In this document: in pieces, positions 31,417 to 39,857 of the stretch
Position numbering within the stretch: the first letter of the stretch is position 1
How the letters are laid out: each line of letters starts with the position of its first letter
Source of the DNA: an uncultured Chloroflexia bacterium
GTDB taxonomy: Bacteria > Chloroflexota > Limnocylindria > Limnocylindrales > CSP1-4
Reading direction: 5' to 3'
NCBI GenBank assembly: GCA_963800795.1
Contig: CAWDCJ010000014.1
Span: forward strand, 64,942-128,941
Length of the DNA stretch: 64,000 nt
Notes under the pieces: model-generated
What the model saw: the letters and a program-made list of their open reading frames with translations, nothing else
Database searches by the model: none
Told to the model about the DNA's origin: nothing
Translations under genes and position numbers: made by a program

Positions 31417-33525
31417 TCACGGAGCAGCCGACGGCCCGGCCGGGAAGACCAGTGTCTGACCCCGGCCGGTGATGGTCGCGCTGGTGCCGTCAAAGGAGCC
31501 CGTATAGGTCCAGCGCCCCTGTTCGAGCGTGAAGGCGTGCCCGTCAAAGGTGCCGGCCGCGTCGATGGCGCTGAAGTTGGCGTTGGTGCATTCGGCCCAG
31601 AGCCCGACGGCGGCGGCCATTCTGGTCGGGCCGGCGCCGTTCGGGTCGCCGCCCGAAGGGGTGAAGGACAGGGTCACCTTGGCCGGGCAGGTCAGCTTCT
31701 CGCTGTCGCCGCCGATCGGGACGATGGCGTCGATGGTGATCTGTACCGGCTCACCGAATCTCGGGGCAGGTGGAGTCGGGGTCGGGCTTGGGGTCGGACC
31801 GATCACCGTCAGCCGGGCGAAATCGACGTACTGCCAGGCGTCCCCCTTCTTCGCGTAGATCAGCAGGCCGAAGGAGTTCTCGCCTGGGGCAAGATCGAGA
31901 GTCTGGAGCCAGCCCCAGTGCCCGCTCATGGTCGTGGCGGTCCCCGGGAAGACGGCCATGCTGGTGGCGGCGTCGTCGCCCAGCCTGGACACCTGGATCG
32001 GCAGGGACGCCTGGTCGGTCGCGAAGCCGTCGACCAGGGGCACCCACATGTCCTTGCCCACGGCGTCCCTGCCGGAAGAGGCGAGGAGACGGTAGCTCGC
32101 GAAGGTGGTGTTCCCGGCCGCGTTGGCTTCGAACTCTGCCCAGCGGGCTGCGATCGATGCCACCGTTCGGGCCGCCAGCCAGGGCACGTAGGCGAAATGG
32201 GTGTAGCTGGTGTCCCCACCGGCGGCGATGCTGGTGGCACTGTCCCCGGAGCTGTAGGGGCTCAGGTGGCCGCTGGATGCGTCGTAGACGATGGTGCGCA
32301 GGTGCCCGACATAGTTGGGATCGGCGACGTACAGGCGGCTCGGGCTGACCCGGTAGACCACCATGGTGTGTCCCCCGGCGATCCCGTCCGGGCTGATGCG
32401 GATCATCTGCGGCTCCCCGGAGAAGGCGATGGCCGCCCGGAAGGCCTCGTAGGTGAGGGACCCGTCGGCGCTGGCCCACTGGCTGTTGCGGAACTGCAGG
32501 TACGTGGCTCGGTCGACGATGGGGTCGGCATGGACGCTGGCCGCGAAGCGATAGCCCTCCGAGTCGTCCTGCCAGAAGGTCGGAGTCTTGTCGGGAGACC
32601 CGTTGTTGTCGTACACGCCGTAGAGCGGCGAGGCCCCGGCGCCCTGGCGCTGGGTGGCGTAATACCAGATCTCGCTGAGGCTCTGGCCCTCGCACTGCCC
32701 ACCCGGGGCCACATATGAGCCGTAGTTGTCGAACTCCCAGTCGTCGACCCCGGGCCGGAAGCCGGAATCGACCGTGGCCGGCAGGCGGCTCCAGTCGACC
32801 AGGCCGGCAAAGACATCGGAGAAATGGGTCGCCAGGGCGGTCAGGGTGCCGGACCCATCACTGACCGGGGAGAGCGGCGCAATGGCCCCGCTGTCCGGGT
32901 CGTAATAGAAGGCCAGCACAGAGGCTCCGGCCGGGGCGCCGGCCGGCAGGGTGTACGTGAGGTTCACGTTCGCCGGGGCGGCCAGGTCACCCCCGGGGGC
33001 CGCGACCGTGTAGAGCGGGCCCACGGGGGTGACGGCGCCGCCGTAATCGCTCGCGTTCGCGGTCCCGGTGATCGGGGTGGTGGTGACGGAAAAGGCGGTG
33101 TCGGCGGTGAGGGCCTGCGCCGGGATGCTGATCGCCAGCCCGTCGGCCGAGAGGCTCCCCCCGGTGGTCCCCACCTGGCTGGAGACCGGGACACCGGGTG
33201 ATCCGAGGGCCAGGTGCCCACCCAGGGGCGGGGTCGCCGGCTCGGCCGGCGGCACGTCGCCGGATTCCGGGTCGACCGGCGGAGCGGGCAGGTCACCCGG
33301 GTTGTCGACGGCATCGGCGGCGGCGGTCGAGATGTCCCGCGGCGCCAGGTTCGCGCCGCCCCCGGGGCCCGGGGAGTCGGACGCGCCCGGAGACCCGGCC
33401 GGGCTGGCGGCCGGCCCACCACAGGCTCCCAGCAGGGTTGCGGTCACCAGCAGTGCCGCAAACCGACGGACGATGGCACGTCCCGGGTCGGCCCGTCCAT
33501 GCAGCCGGGCAACCAGGGAGACCAT
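31417..33525 (-). CDS. large secreted lipoprotein with papain-like Cys/His/Asp signature (putative cysteine peptidase) and C-terminal beta-rich domains
   Basis: Start taken at ATG 33525. Lipobox 'LLGAC'. Candidate catalytic residues are 'GGQCEGQSLSEIWYY' (Cys), 'IAGGHTMVVYRV' (His) and 'YVADPNY' (Asp/Asn), in that order. A 'PTPSPTPTPP' linker precedes the last domain. Confidence 0.7.
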   Translation of the reverse strand: MVSLVARLHGRADPGRAIVRRFAALLVTATLLGACGGPAASPAGSPGASDSPGPGGGANLAPRDISTAAADAVDNPGDLPAPPVDPESGDVPPAEPATPPLGGHLALGSPGVPVSSQVGTTGGSLSADGLAISIPAQALTADTAFSVTTTPITGTANASDYGGAVTPVGPLYTVAAPGGDLAAPANVNLTYTLPAGAPAGASVLAFYYDPDSGAIAPLSPVSDGSGTLTALATHFSDVFAGLVDWSRLPATVDSGFRPGVDDWEFDNYGSYVAPGGQCEGQSLSEIWYYATQRQGAGASPLYGVYDNNGSPDKTPTFWQDDSEGYRFAASVHADPIVDRATYLQFRNSQWASADGSLTYEAFRAAIAFSGEPQMIRISPDGIAGGHTMVVYRVSPSRLYVADPNYVGHLRTIVYDASSGHLSPYSSGDSATSIAAGGDTSYTHFAYVPWLAARTVASIAARWAEFEANAAGNTTFASYRLLASSGRDAVGKDMWVPLVDGFATDQASLPIQVSRLGDDAATSMAVFPGTATTMSGHWGWLQTLDLAPGENSFGLLIYAKKGDAWQYVDFARLTVIGPTPSPTPTPPAPRFGEPVQITIDAIVPIGGDSEKLTCPAKVTLSFTPSGGDPNGAGPTRMAAAVGLWAECTNANFSAIDAAGTFDGHAFTLEQGRWTYTGSFDGTSATITGRGQTLVFPAGPSAAP

Positions 33526-34080
33526 GAGCCGGCCGGGCTGGCGGGGTCCCATCGACGTCACGGGCGTGCTCTCCACTTCCCCGAAGCCCCGGAACCCGGC
33601 GAACACCGGCTTTCCCGTGCCTCGACAGGCCGCCGAGAGGGACGTGGGAGCCGCACGACGAACGCCCGTTGGGCGGCGTCGGCGGACCCGTCCGACGACA
33701 CACCGTTGCCCGTCAACTATGCCCCATCACGACCAGTGCCCGTACCCTCGCGCGGCGGCGACGTCATGCGTCCGTTCAGCCGAGTGGATGCACAGTGCGG
33801 GTATCGGCCTGAGTGCGCCGCCCGGCCTCTCAGAGAGCCTCGACCCAGGCGGGTCGAGGCTCGTCCTTCCCCCAGCTCAAATCGGCGAGCAGGGATGGGC
33901 GAGCGAGACGGATCTGCGGCCGACACGATGGGTCCGCACCCCACGGGTACGTCCTCCCGAGCACGAAGGTCGCGGGTGAGAGCGGACGCGCGCCGGGTCT
34001 CAGCAGGTGGCCTCCGGGTTCCCAGCAGCGCCGCGCCGATGCACAATCCGCGGCTGTGTCCCCTTGTATGGAGGTGAGCC

Positions 34081-35205
34081 GTGCTCCTCGCATCCAAGCT
34101 CTCCCGCGTCGCGGCGGTGGCCGCGATCGCGGGCGCCACGCTCGTGCCGGCCGCGACGGTCGCTGCGCACAGTGACTCGAGCGGCGGTCACGCAGCCGTC
34201 AAGCGGATCTTCGTGATCATGCTCGAGAACCACAGCCAGTCGACCGTCATCGGCGACCCGAACGCCCCGTTCATCAACAGCCTCGCGAACACGTACGGAG
34301 AGGCGACCAACTACTACGGCGTCACGCACCCCAGCCAGCCGAACTACGTGGCCGCGATCACCGGCCAGCTCGATATCACCCGGATGAACGACGCGGCGAC
34401 CAACACGTATGCCTGGCCGAACCTCGTCGACCAGCTCGAGGCGAACGGGAAGACGTGGGGCGCCTACATGGACTCCCTGCCCTATGCCGGCTACACGGGC
34501 TACACGGCGCCCGGCACCACGGCCCTCTACACGAACAAGCACGACCCGTTCGTGCTCATGGACGACGTCCTGAACAATCCGGCTCGGCTGGCGAACATCA
34601 AGCCCTACACGAGCCTGGCCGCCGACCTCAACTCGGCGCACGCGCCCGACTTCGTCTGGATCAGCCCCAACCAGTGCAACGACATGCACGGTGGCGTTTA
34701 CTCGACGATCGCCGGGCACCCGGAGACGCCGTGCCCGTACGGCAACACCATCGACGACACGAACAATGCGGCGCTCAAGCAGAAGGCCGACGCCTTCGTC
34801 CAGGGCGCCGTCCAGACGATCCAGAGCTCGAAGGCATGGACCGGCAACAGCGTGATCTTCGTGCTGACCGATGAATCCGACTTCAGCGGCACGGCCACGA
34901 CGACGGACCTGTGGCTCGACGTGAGCGGCTGTTGCGACTCGCCGGGCTACGGCAGCACGCCGGGGCTTCCCTCCGGCACCATCCTGATCGACAACGGCTC
35001 GCACCCCTGGTCGGGCCCCTTCGGCGGTGGCAAGGTCCCCGCGATCGTGATCGCCCGCAACGGGGTCGGCGGGATCAAGGACGCCACGCCCTATAACCAC
35101 TACTCGCTGCTGCGGACCATCGAGGACGTCTGGGGCCTCGGCTATCTTGGCTACGCGGCCGACTCCGCCAACGTCTCGTCGATGACCCCGCTCCTCCAGC
35201 ACTGA
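34081..35205 (+). CDS. secreted phosphoesterase-family protein (PF04185-like), paralog of 7361..8620
   Basis: GTG start and a signal peptide '[19 protein letters not shown]'. '[10 protein letters not shown]', '[10 protein letters not shown]', '[11 protein letters not shown]', '[15 protein letters not shown]'. Confidence 0.85.
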   Translation: MLLASKLSRVAAVAAIAGATLVPAATVAAHSDSSGGHAAVKRIFVIMLENHSQSTVIGDPNAPFINSLANTYGEATNYYGVTHPSQPNYVAAITGQLDITRMNDAATNTYAWPNLVDQLEANGKTWGAYMDSLPYAGYTGYTAPGTTALYTNKHDPFVLMDDVLNNPARLANIKPYTSLAADLNSAHAPDFVWISPNQCNDMHGGVYSTIAGHPETPCPYGNTIDDTNNAALKQKADAFVQGAVQTIQSSKAWTGNSVIFVLTDESDFSGTATTTDLWLDVSGCCDSPGYGSTPGLPSGTILIDNGSHPWSGPFGGGKVPAIVIARNGVGGIKDATPYNHYSLLRTIEDVWGLGYLGYAADSANVSSMTPLLQH

Positions 35206-35263
35206 CCTCGCGGCGCTTCGAGCGCACGTTGGAAGGGCCCGCTCGCGTGCCGACGAGCGGGCC

Positions 35264-35422
35264 CTCGTAGCCGCGCTCGTGGGCGTCGCGGGCCGCGCTC
35301 GCGACGCCCACGTTGGTTGCGATGCCGGCGAGCAGGATCGTGTCGATGCCGCGCCGACGGAGTTGGAGGTCGAGCTCGGTGCCAATCGCGCGGGCGCCCA
35401 ACACAGACTCGACCACGTTCAA
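35264..35422 (-). pseudogene. internal fragment of an isochorismatase/cysteine-hydrolase family gene
   Basis: '[40 protein letters not shown]' matches the conserved core of the family. A TGA lies directly upstream. The fragment is squeezed into the 328-bp gap between two intact genes. Confidence 0.5.
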
Positions 35423-35533
35423 GGGCGGTCGTCATTCTGTAGAGATGAGCCAGGCAGACCGGGGCCCGATGCGGCTCGACCGCGACGACAGGGCGCGAGG
35501 GCTCGATCGCCCACGCATCCCCAGGAGGTTGAC

Positions 35534-36382
35534 ATGGCCGTTGGCGGGTATCAGCGAACCTGTGCGCGGTGCCACCACACGTGGTTCGTCCCCACGGACA
35601 TCGCAGAGGAACGGCCGAACCTGAAGGCGACCACGAGCCAGTACCTGTCGGCTCTCGGGAGCGTCCAGGACCAGGCCGCGCTCCGCGCGCATTACCAACA
35701 GCTTGCGGCTGCCGCGAAGTGCCCCCAGTGCGGTGCCACGTCCTTCACCCAGGAGGAGGCCCCGGAGTCGCCCACGTCGCCCGAACCGCCATCCACGCTG
35801 GCTACGGGCGCTCCCCAGGCGTCAGCGGTGCCGGACGGCCAGACCCCCATCTACGTCCTCAACCAGAAGCTGATCTCGCTGACGGGCGATCTCTGGATCG
35901 AGGACGGCCAGGGGAACCACGCCTTCGAAGTCGATGGCAAGCTCCTCAGCCTGCGCGGCACCCACGTGCTCAAGGACCTGGGCGGCCAGGCGCTCTACGA
36001 GATCTCGAAGCCGCTCGCCCCGCACCTGCACAAGACCATCGTCATCACGAAAGGCGGCCAGACGGCAGCGACCGTCCAGGAGGCGATCCTTCACCTGGGG
36101 GGTGACAAGTTCAAGATCACGCTCGCCGGCGGTCAGGATCTGACGGTCCACGGCGACTGGTGGAACCGCGAGTTTCAGGTCAAGGACCAGGCAGGCCGGG
36201 TGGTCATCGATGCCTCCCGGGCCTGGTTCAGCATCCACGACGCGTACGGGATCCAGATCGCGCCCGGCTTCGAGGTGCCCCTCGGTCTCGCAATCGTTGT
36301 GGCCCTCGAGCGCGTCGAAGTCCAGGAGCAGGGTGAGCAGTCACCGCTTCGGAACCTGCTCGGAGGCATCGGTCCCTTCTGA
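35534..36382 (+). CDS. zinc-ribbon + LURP-one-related/DUF567 (tubby C-terminal-like) fusion protein
   Basis: ATG at 35534 after AGGAGG. N-terminal 'CARCHH...CPQCG' motif, then a Pro/Ser linker. C-terminal domain has 'IYVLNQKLISLTGDLWIEDGQGNHAFEVDGK...FKITLAGG...IDASRAWFSIHDAYGIQI', typical of PF04525. Confidence 0.7.
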   Translation: MAVGGYQRTCARCHHTWFVPTDIAEERPNLKATTSQYLSALGSVQDQAALRAHYQQLAAAAKCPQCGATSFTQEEAPESPTSPEPPSTLATGAPQASAVPDGQTPIYVLNQKLISLTGDLWIEDGQGNHAFEVDGKLLSLRGTHVLKDLGGQALYEISKPLAPHLHKTIVITKGGQTAATVQEAILHLGGDKFKITLAGGQDLTVHGDWWNREFQVKDQAGRVVIDASRAWFSIHDAYGIQIAPGFEVPLGLAIVVALERVEVQEQGEQSPLRNLLGGIGPF

Positions 36383-39068
36383 GCGTGGCTCCCGTGGTCC
36401 CGCCGAATGTGATGCATGCAGGCATTTGAGAACTGCGGGCGATCTCCCGTGCCATCCACGGCCGGAGCGTTCGCGTGGTCAGGTTGTTCTGGCGCGCCCG
36501 GAGGGCATCGGGCGCGCGAACAACAAGCGTGATCGGGCAGTGGAGAGTTCGTCGACGCTCTCTGGGCCGCACGGAGCCCGGGCGCCGGCTTCCGGCATGG
36601 GGAGATCTGGGCGGGGCGATGAGAGTCACCGTGTCGGGGCAAGAAGGCCCTCCGCCGTCAGGTCTGACGCCGGCGCGGCGGTCCGGTTCGCGCGGGTCAG
36701 CTCCCCGGAGCTCGATGCTCTCGTCGAGATCGCGAGCAGTTCGCGGCGTCACGGCGGCGCGGATGACGGGCGCGGGGTTTGGCGGCTGCACGATCAACCT
36801 CGTGGAGCGCGACGCCGTGGAATCGCTCGGGCGGCCGGCCCGGAGCAATACCCGGCCCGGACTGGCCCTCACGCGCCGGGTCCTCGCCGTCGACGAGGTG
36901 GCCGGTGCGGGGGCACTCGACAGTCGAACCGCCTCATCGACGCCGGCCGGGGCGCTCACACCCACGAGCTCAACATCTGCGTACAGATGGCGGGAGATCA
37001 CGTGATCCTGGTATTCGGGCGCCAGCTCGCAGAAGTAGCCGCTCCAGCCCCAGACTCGGACGATCAGGTCGCGGTGCTCCTCCGGATGCGCCCTCGCGTC
37101 GAGGAGCTGCTCCGCATTGAGGGCATTGAGTTGCAGCTGCTGGCAGCCGAGCCGGGCGAACGTGCGTACCAGCAGGGCGACCTTGCGGATCAATTCCGCG
37201 TCGGCGAAGAGCGCGGCGGATAGCTCCAACGTGATCGGACCCCCGTTGCAGACGCGCCGGTAGTCGATTCCGGCGTAGGACTGCAGGACGCTGATCGGTC
37301 CGCGCAGGTGGGTCCCCGGCGTGGGGGCGAGATTGGCCCCGAACGGGTCCCCCTTCCGGCGCCCATCGGCGGTCGCACCCACCATGGGCTCCGCGAGCGG
37401 CCCATCGTCGCGGCCGCGGGCGAGCCAAAGGTAGTACATCGCGGACCCGGTTCCGGGCCGCACGATCGCGCCGGATTGCGGATGCTCCCCCTCACAGGCA
37501 TCGGCCAGCCGATCGTACAGCCAACGCACGAGGTCGTCGGCGGCAGGCTCGTTCAGGCCGACTCGCGAGCTCTCCTCCGCAAGACGCCACCGAAGCACCT
37601 GATGGCCGACGAAGTCCGCCTCGAGCGCAGCGAGAAGCTCCGCACGGTCCACGTCGGCGAGCTCGAAGACGTGCCGGCGAACGGCCGCCAGGGCGTCGGC
37701 AGCGCTGGCGGCTGCCGCTCCGTGGATCCCCAGGTTCCGGTACCGAGCGCCCTGACCGTGATCGACGCCCGTCTCGAGCGCGTCGGTCATCAGCACCGAG
37801 TAGTACGGCGCCGGCGCCCACAGGATCCGATCGTACGGAGCGGTGCGTTCGTGAACCTGGCGCCCGATCTCGGCACCCGTGCGAGCCAGGATGGCGTCGA
37901 ACGAGGCGCCCTCTGCGAGTCCCGTCCGGACCGCGATGTCGGCGGCCGCCGGGAAAGAGACGGCGCCGATGTTGACGACGTCCATCCCGCGACCAGGAAT
38001 GATGAACTCCCAGCACGCCGCCACCGTGTAGTCGCGCGCGTCCTCGAGCGCATAGCCGTGCGCGGCAAGCGCGGGGATGACGACGTCGTCGTTGGCGTAC
38101 TGGGGGAAGCCGAGGCCCTTGCGGGTGAGGTCGCTGGCCAGCTCGAGGAGCGCAAGGTCCGTCTCGCCCGTGATCCGCAGGTTGACCTTCGGATCGATGA
38201 GCCCAACGTCGCGGGCGACCCGCAGCGCCATCCACGTGAGCGGGTTGACGGCCGAGCCGCCGTCGCGCGTCAGCCCCCCGAGCGTGATGGTCTGCCCGTT
38301 GTCGCCCTGCTGGATGCCGGGGTAGAGGTCGGCATCGCGATTGAGCGCGATGAAGAACTCCGCCAGCAGCTCCTCGGCGGCGGCGATCTCCAGCGCTCCC
38401 GCCGCGAGGTCGGCGGCAAGGAACGGCCACAGGTACTGGTCGAGGCGACCGAGGCCCACGTGATGGTGCCCGGACAGCCAGACCACGGCGTGCAGCAGGC
38501 GGAGCGCCTGCAGCGCTTCACGGAATGTTCGCGGCGGCTCCCCCGGGACGCGCTCGAGGACGCTGGCGACGTCGTCCCTGCCGAGCCTGCGCGCCTCCGT
38601 CGCGTAGCGGGCGGCGAGCGCGAGCACGGCGTCGATCGTCTCGATCGCGGCGTCGAGGAACTCGACCGCCGCGATGTTCCCCGCTGACGCCATCCGCGAG
38701 CGCGTCGCGCCTGCCACTCGACGCCGCCCACCAAGCCCCTGCCGAAGCGCCAGCTCCCAGTCGGCGCACACGTTGTTGATCAGGCCGCCTTCGTGGAGCG
38801 TTCGCCCCAGGGTCAAGGCAGCGTCGTCCGCGGGCGAGTGGACCGGGGGAACCGCCCGCAGAGTCCGCGTGAAGACGATCCGCTCGTCGGGCTCGATGAC
38901 CACGATCTCGGCCTCGCACATCCGGCGGGTCAGACGCGCCATGCGCCTCGGCCACGACAGCTGTTCGTGGTCGCATTCGGCCACGAGATCGGGCCCGCCG
39001 GCCTGGCGGTACCCGCGAAAGTGGCCTTCGCGGGTTCGGGCGCGGAGCCCTTCAAGTCGGTCGTTCAT
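36228..39068 (-). CDS. glycyl radical enzyme (PFL2/dehydratase-like class), short form; C-terminal boundary anomalous
   Basis: ATG at 39068 overlaps the activase stop (ATGA). Glycine-loop 'LIVRVWGWSGYFCEL...QDHVISRH' lies at ~36987-37060. The candidate thiyl loop is 'YTVAACWEFIIPG'. Homology ends about 10 codons after 'ISRH' (~36950-36980). The ORF has no stop until 36228 and runs antisense through the galK remnant. Confidence 0.85.
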   Translation of the reverse strand: MNDRLEGLRARTREGHFRGYRQAGGPDLVAECDHEQLSWPRRMARLTRRMCEAEIVVIEPDERIVFTRTLRAVPPVHSPADDAALTLGRTLHEGGLINNVCADWELALRQGLGGRRRVAGATRSRMASAGNIAAVEFLDAAIETIDAVLALAARYATEARRLGRDDVASVLERVPGEPPRTFREALQALRLLHAVVWLSGHHHVGLGRLDQYLWPFLAADLAAGALEIAAAEELLAEFFIALNRDADLYPGIQQGDNGQTITLGGLTRDGGSAVNPLTWMALRVARDVGLIDPKVNLRITGETDLALLELASDLTRKGLGFPQYANDDVVIPALAAHGYALEDARDYTVAACWEFIIPGRGMDVVNIGAVSFPAAADIAVRTGLAEGASFDAILARTGAEIGRQVHERTAPYDRILWAPAPYYSVLMTDALETGVDHGQGARYRNLGIHGAAAASAADALAAVRRHVFELADVDRAELLAALEADFVGHQVLRWRLAEESSRVGLNEPAADDLVRWLYDRLADACEGEHPQSGAIVRPGTGSAMYYLWLARGRDDGPLAEPMVGATADGRRKGDPFGANLAPTPGTHLRGPISVLQSYAGIDYRRVCNGGPITLELSAALFADAELIRKVALLVRTFARLGCQQLQLNALNAEQLLDARAHPEEHRDLIVRVWGWSGYFCELAPEYQDHVISRHLYADVELVGVSAPAGVDEAVRLSSAPAPATSSTARTRRVRASPGRVLLRAGRPSDSTASRSTRLIVQPPNPAPVIRAAVTPRTARDLDESIELRGADPREPDRRAGVRPDGGGPSCPDTVTLIAPPRSPHAGSRRPGSVRPRERRRTLHCPITLVVRAPDALRARQNNLTTRTLRPWMAREIARSSQMPACITFGGTTGATLRRDRCLRAGSEAVTAHPAPGLRRARGPQRLRDRGAPRSRARSGSRTRRGC
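36487..36920 (+). pseudogene. decayed C-terminal part of a galactokinase (GHMP kinase) gene
   Basis: Fragments in shifting frames: 'RRRSLGRTEPGRRLPAWGDLGGAM', 'VSSPELDALVEIA', 'AARMTGAGFGGCTINLVERDAVESL', 'VLAVDEVAGAGAL'. These follow the order of GalK motifs (HVVTEN / GDL..LM / PELD / GARMTGAGFGGC). There is no N-terminal half. Confidence 0.6.
36488..36654 (+). repeat. copy B of an imperfect ~140-170-nt dispersed direct repeat (partner at 47592-47733)
   Basis: Exact shared blocks are TCTGGCGCGCCCGGAGGG (36488-36505 = 47592-47609) and ACAACAAGCGTG (36520-36531 = 47626-47637). Collinear GCCGCACGG, GATGA(R)(W)GTCAC and CCCTCCG blocks follow, and copy B has a ~32-nt insertion. Copy B also folds as GTTGTTC-TG-GCGCGCCCG/CGGGCGCGC-GAACAAC. 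Confidence 0.8.
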
Positions 39069-39820
39069 GCCACTCGCACCTCGATACCCGCTCGCTGGAA
39101 AGGACGCACGTCCGCGTTCGGCGCCCGGTCCTCGTCGAACCCCGGCAGGAAGGTTCGCCCACAGGCGGCGTACTTCCCGCCGGCCGCGCGGTTGTACGGC
39201 AGGAGGTCGACTCGCACCAGGGTCGGCTGCGATGCCACCGCGGCGGCGATCGCCGCGAGGTTGGCGTCGGTGTCGGTCACTCCCGGCACGAGCGGCACGC
39301 GGGCCACGAACGGTCGTCGAAGCTCCGCCAGCAGCCCGAGGTTGCGCAGGATCGGCGCATTGTCCTGGCCGGTCCAGCGCCGGTGGGCGACCCGATCCAT
39401 CAGCTTCAGGTCGAAGTACACCAGGTCGGCGCGTCGGGCGAGCGCCACGAAATGGCCCCGCGTGCCGAAGCCGGACGTGTCGAGCACGATGTGAACACCC
39501 GGCAGGAGGTCGATGACCTCCGCCACGAAGGCGGCCTGGGCAAGCGGCTCGCCGCCGGAGAACGTCACCCCGCCCTCGTTGGAGGCCAGGATGCTCGCCT
39601 GCCGAGAGAGGAGCTCGGCGAGTTCCGCGGCCTCATAACGCCGGCCCACCGTTCGGTCGCCCGTCGACGAACGCATGACCTGCGGGGCAGGGTCCAGCCC
39701 CTCGGGGTTGTGGCACCAGGCGCAGGCCAGGGGGCAGCCTTTCAGGAAGACGGTCGTCCGCATCCCGGGCCCATCGTGGATCGTGAACTCGCGGACGTCG
39801 AAGACGATCCCGGCCGTCAT
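39065..39820 (-). CDS. glycyl-radical enzyme activating protein (radical SAM, PflA-like short form)
   Basis: ATG at 39820 gives 251 aa. 'FTIHDGPGMRTTVFLKGCPLACAWCHNPE' (CxxxCxxC) and 'GGVTFSGGEPL'. There is no additional Cys-rich ferredoxin-like insert. Confidence 0.9.
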   Translation of the reverse strand: MTAGIVFDVREFTIHDGPGMRTTVFLKGCPLACAWCHNPEGLDPAPQVMRSSTGDRTVGRRYEAAELAELLSRQASILASNEGGVTFSGGEPLAQAAFVAEVIDLLPGVHIVLDTSGFGTRGHFVALARRADLVYFDLKLMDRVAHRRWTGQDNAPILRNLGLLAELRRPFVARVPLVPGVTDTDANLAAIAAAVASQPTLVRVDLLPYNRAAGGKYAACGRTFLPGFDEDRAPNADVRPFQRAGIEVRVA

Positions 39821-39857
39821 GGCTGCCGGTCCCAGGAAGCACCCGGCGTCAGGTCGC

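Noticed and set aside
36475-37005. 176-aa plus-strand ORF as an intact gene
   Set aside because: It is a composite. Only short stretches match GalK motifs, neighbouring motifs lie in other frames, and the N-terminal half of the enzyme is absent. It is treated as a pseudogene remnant.
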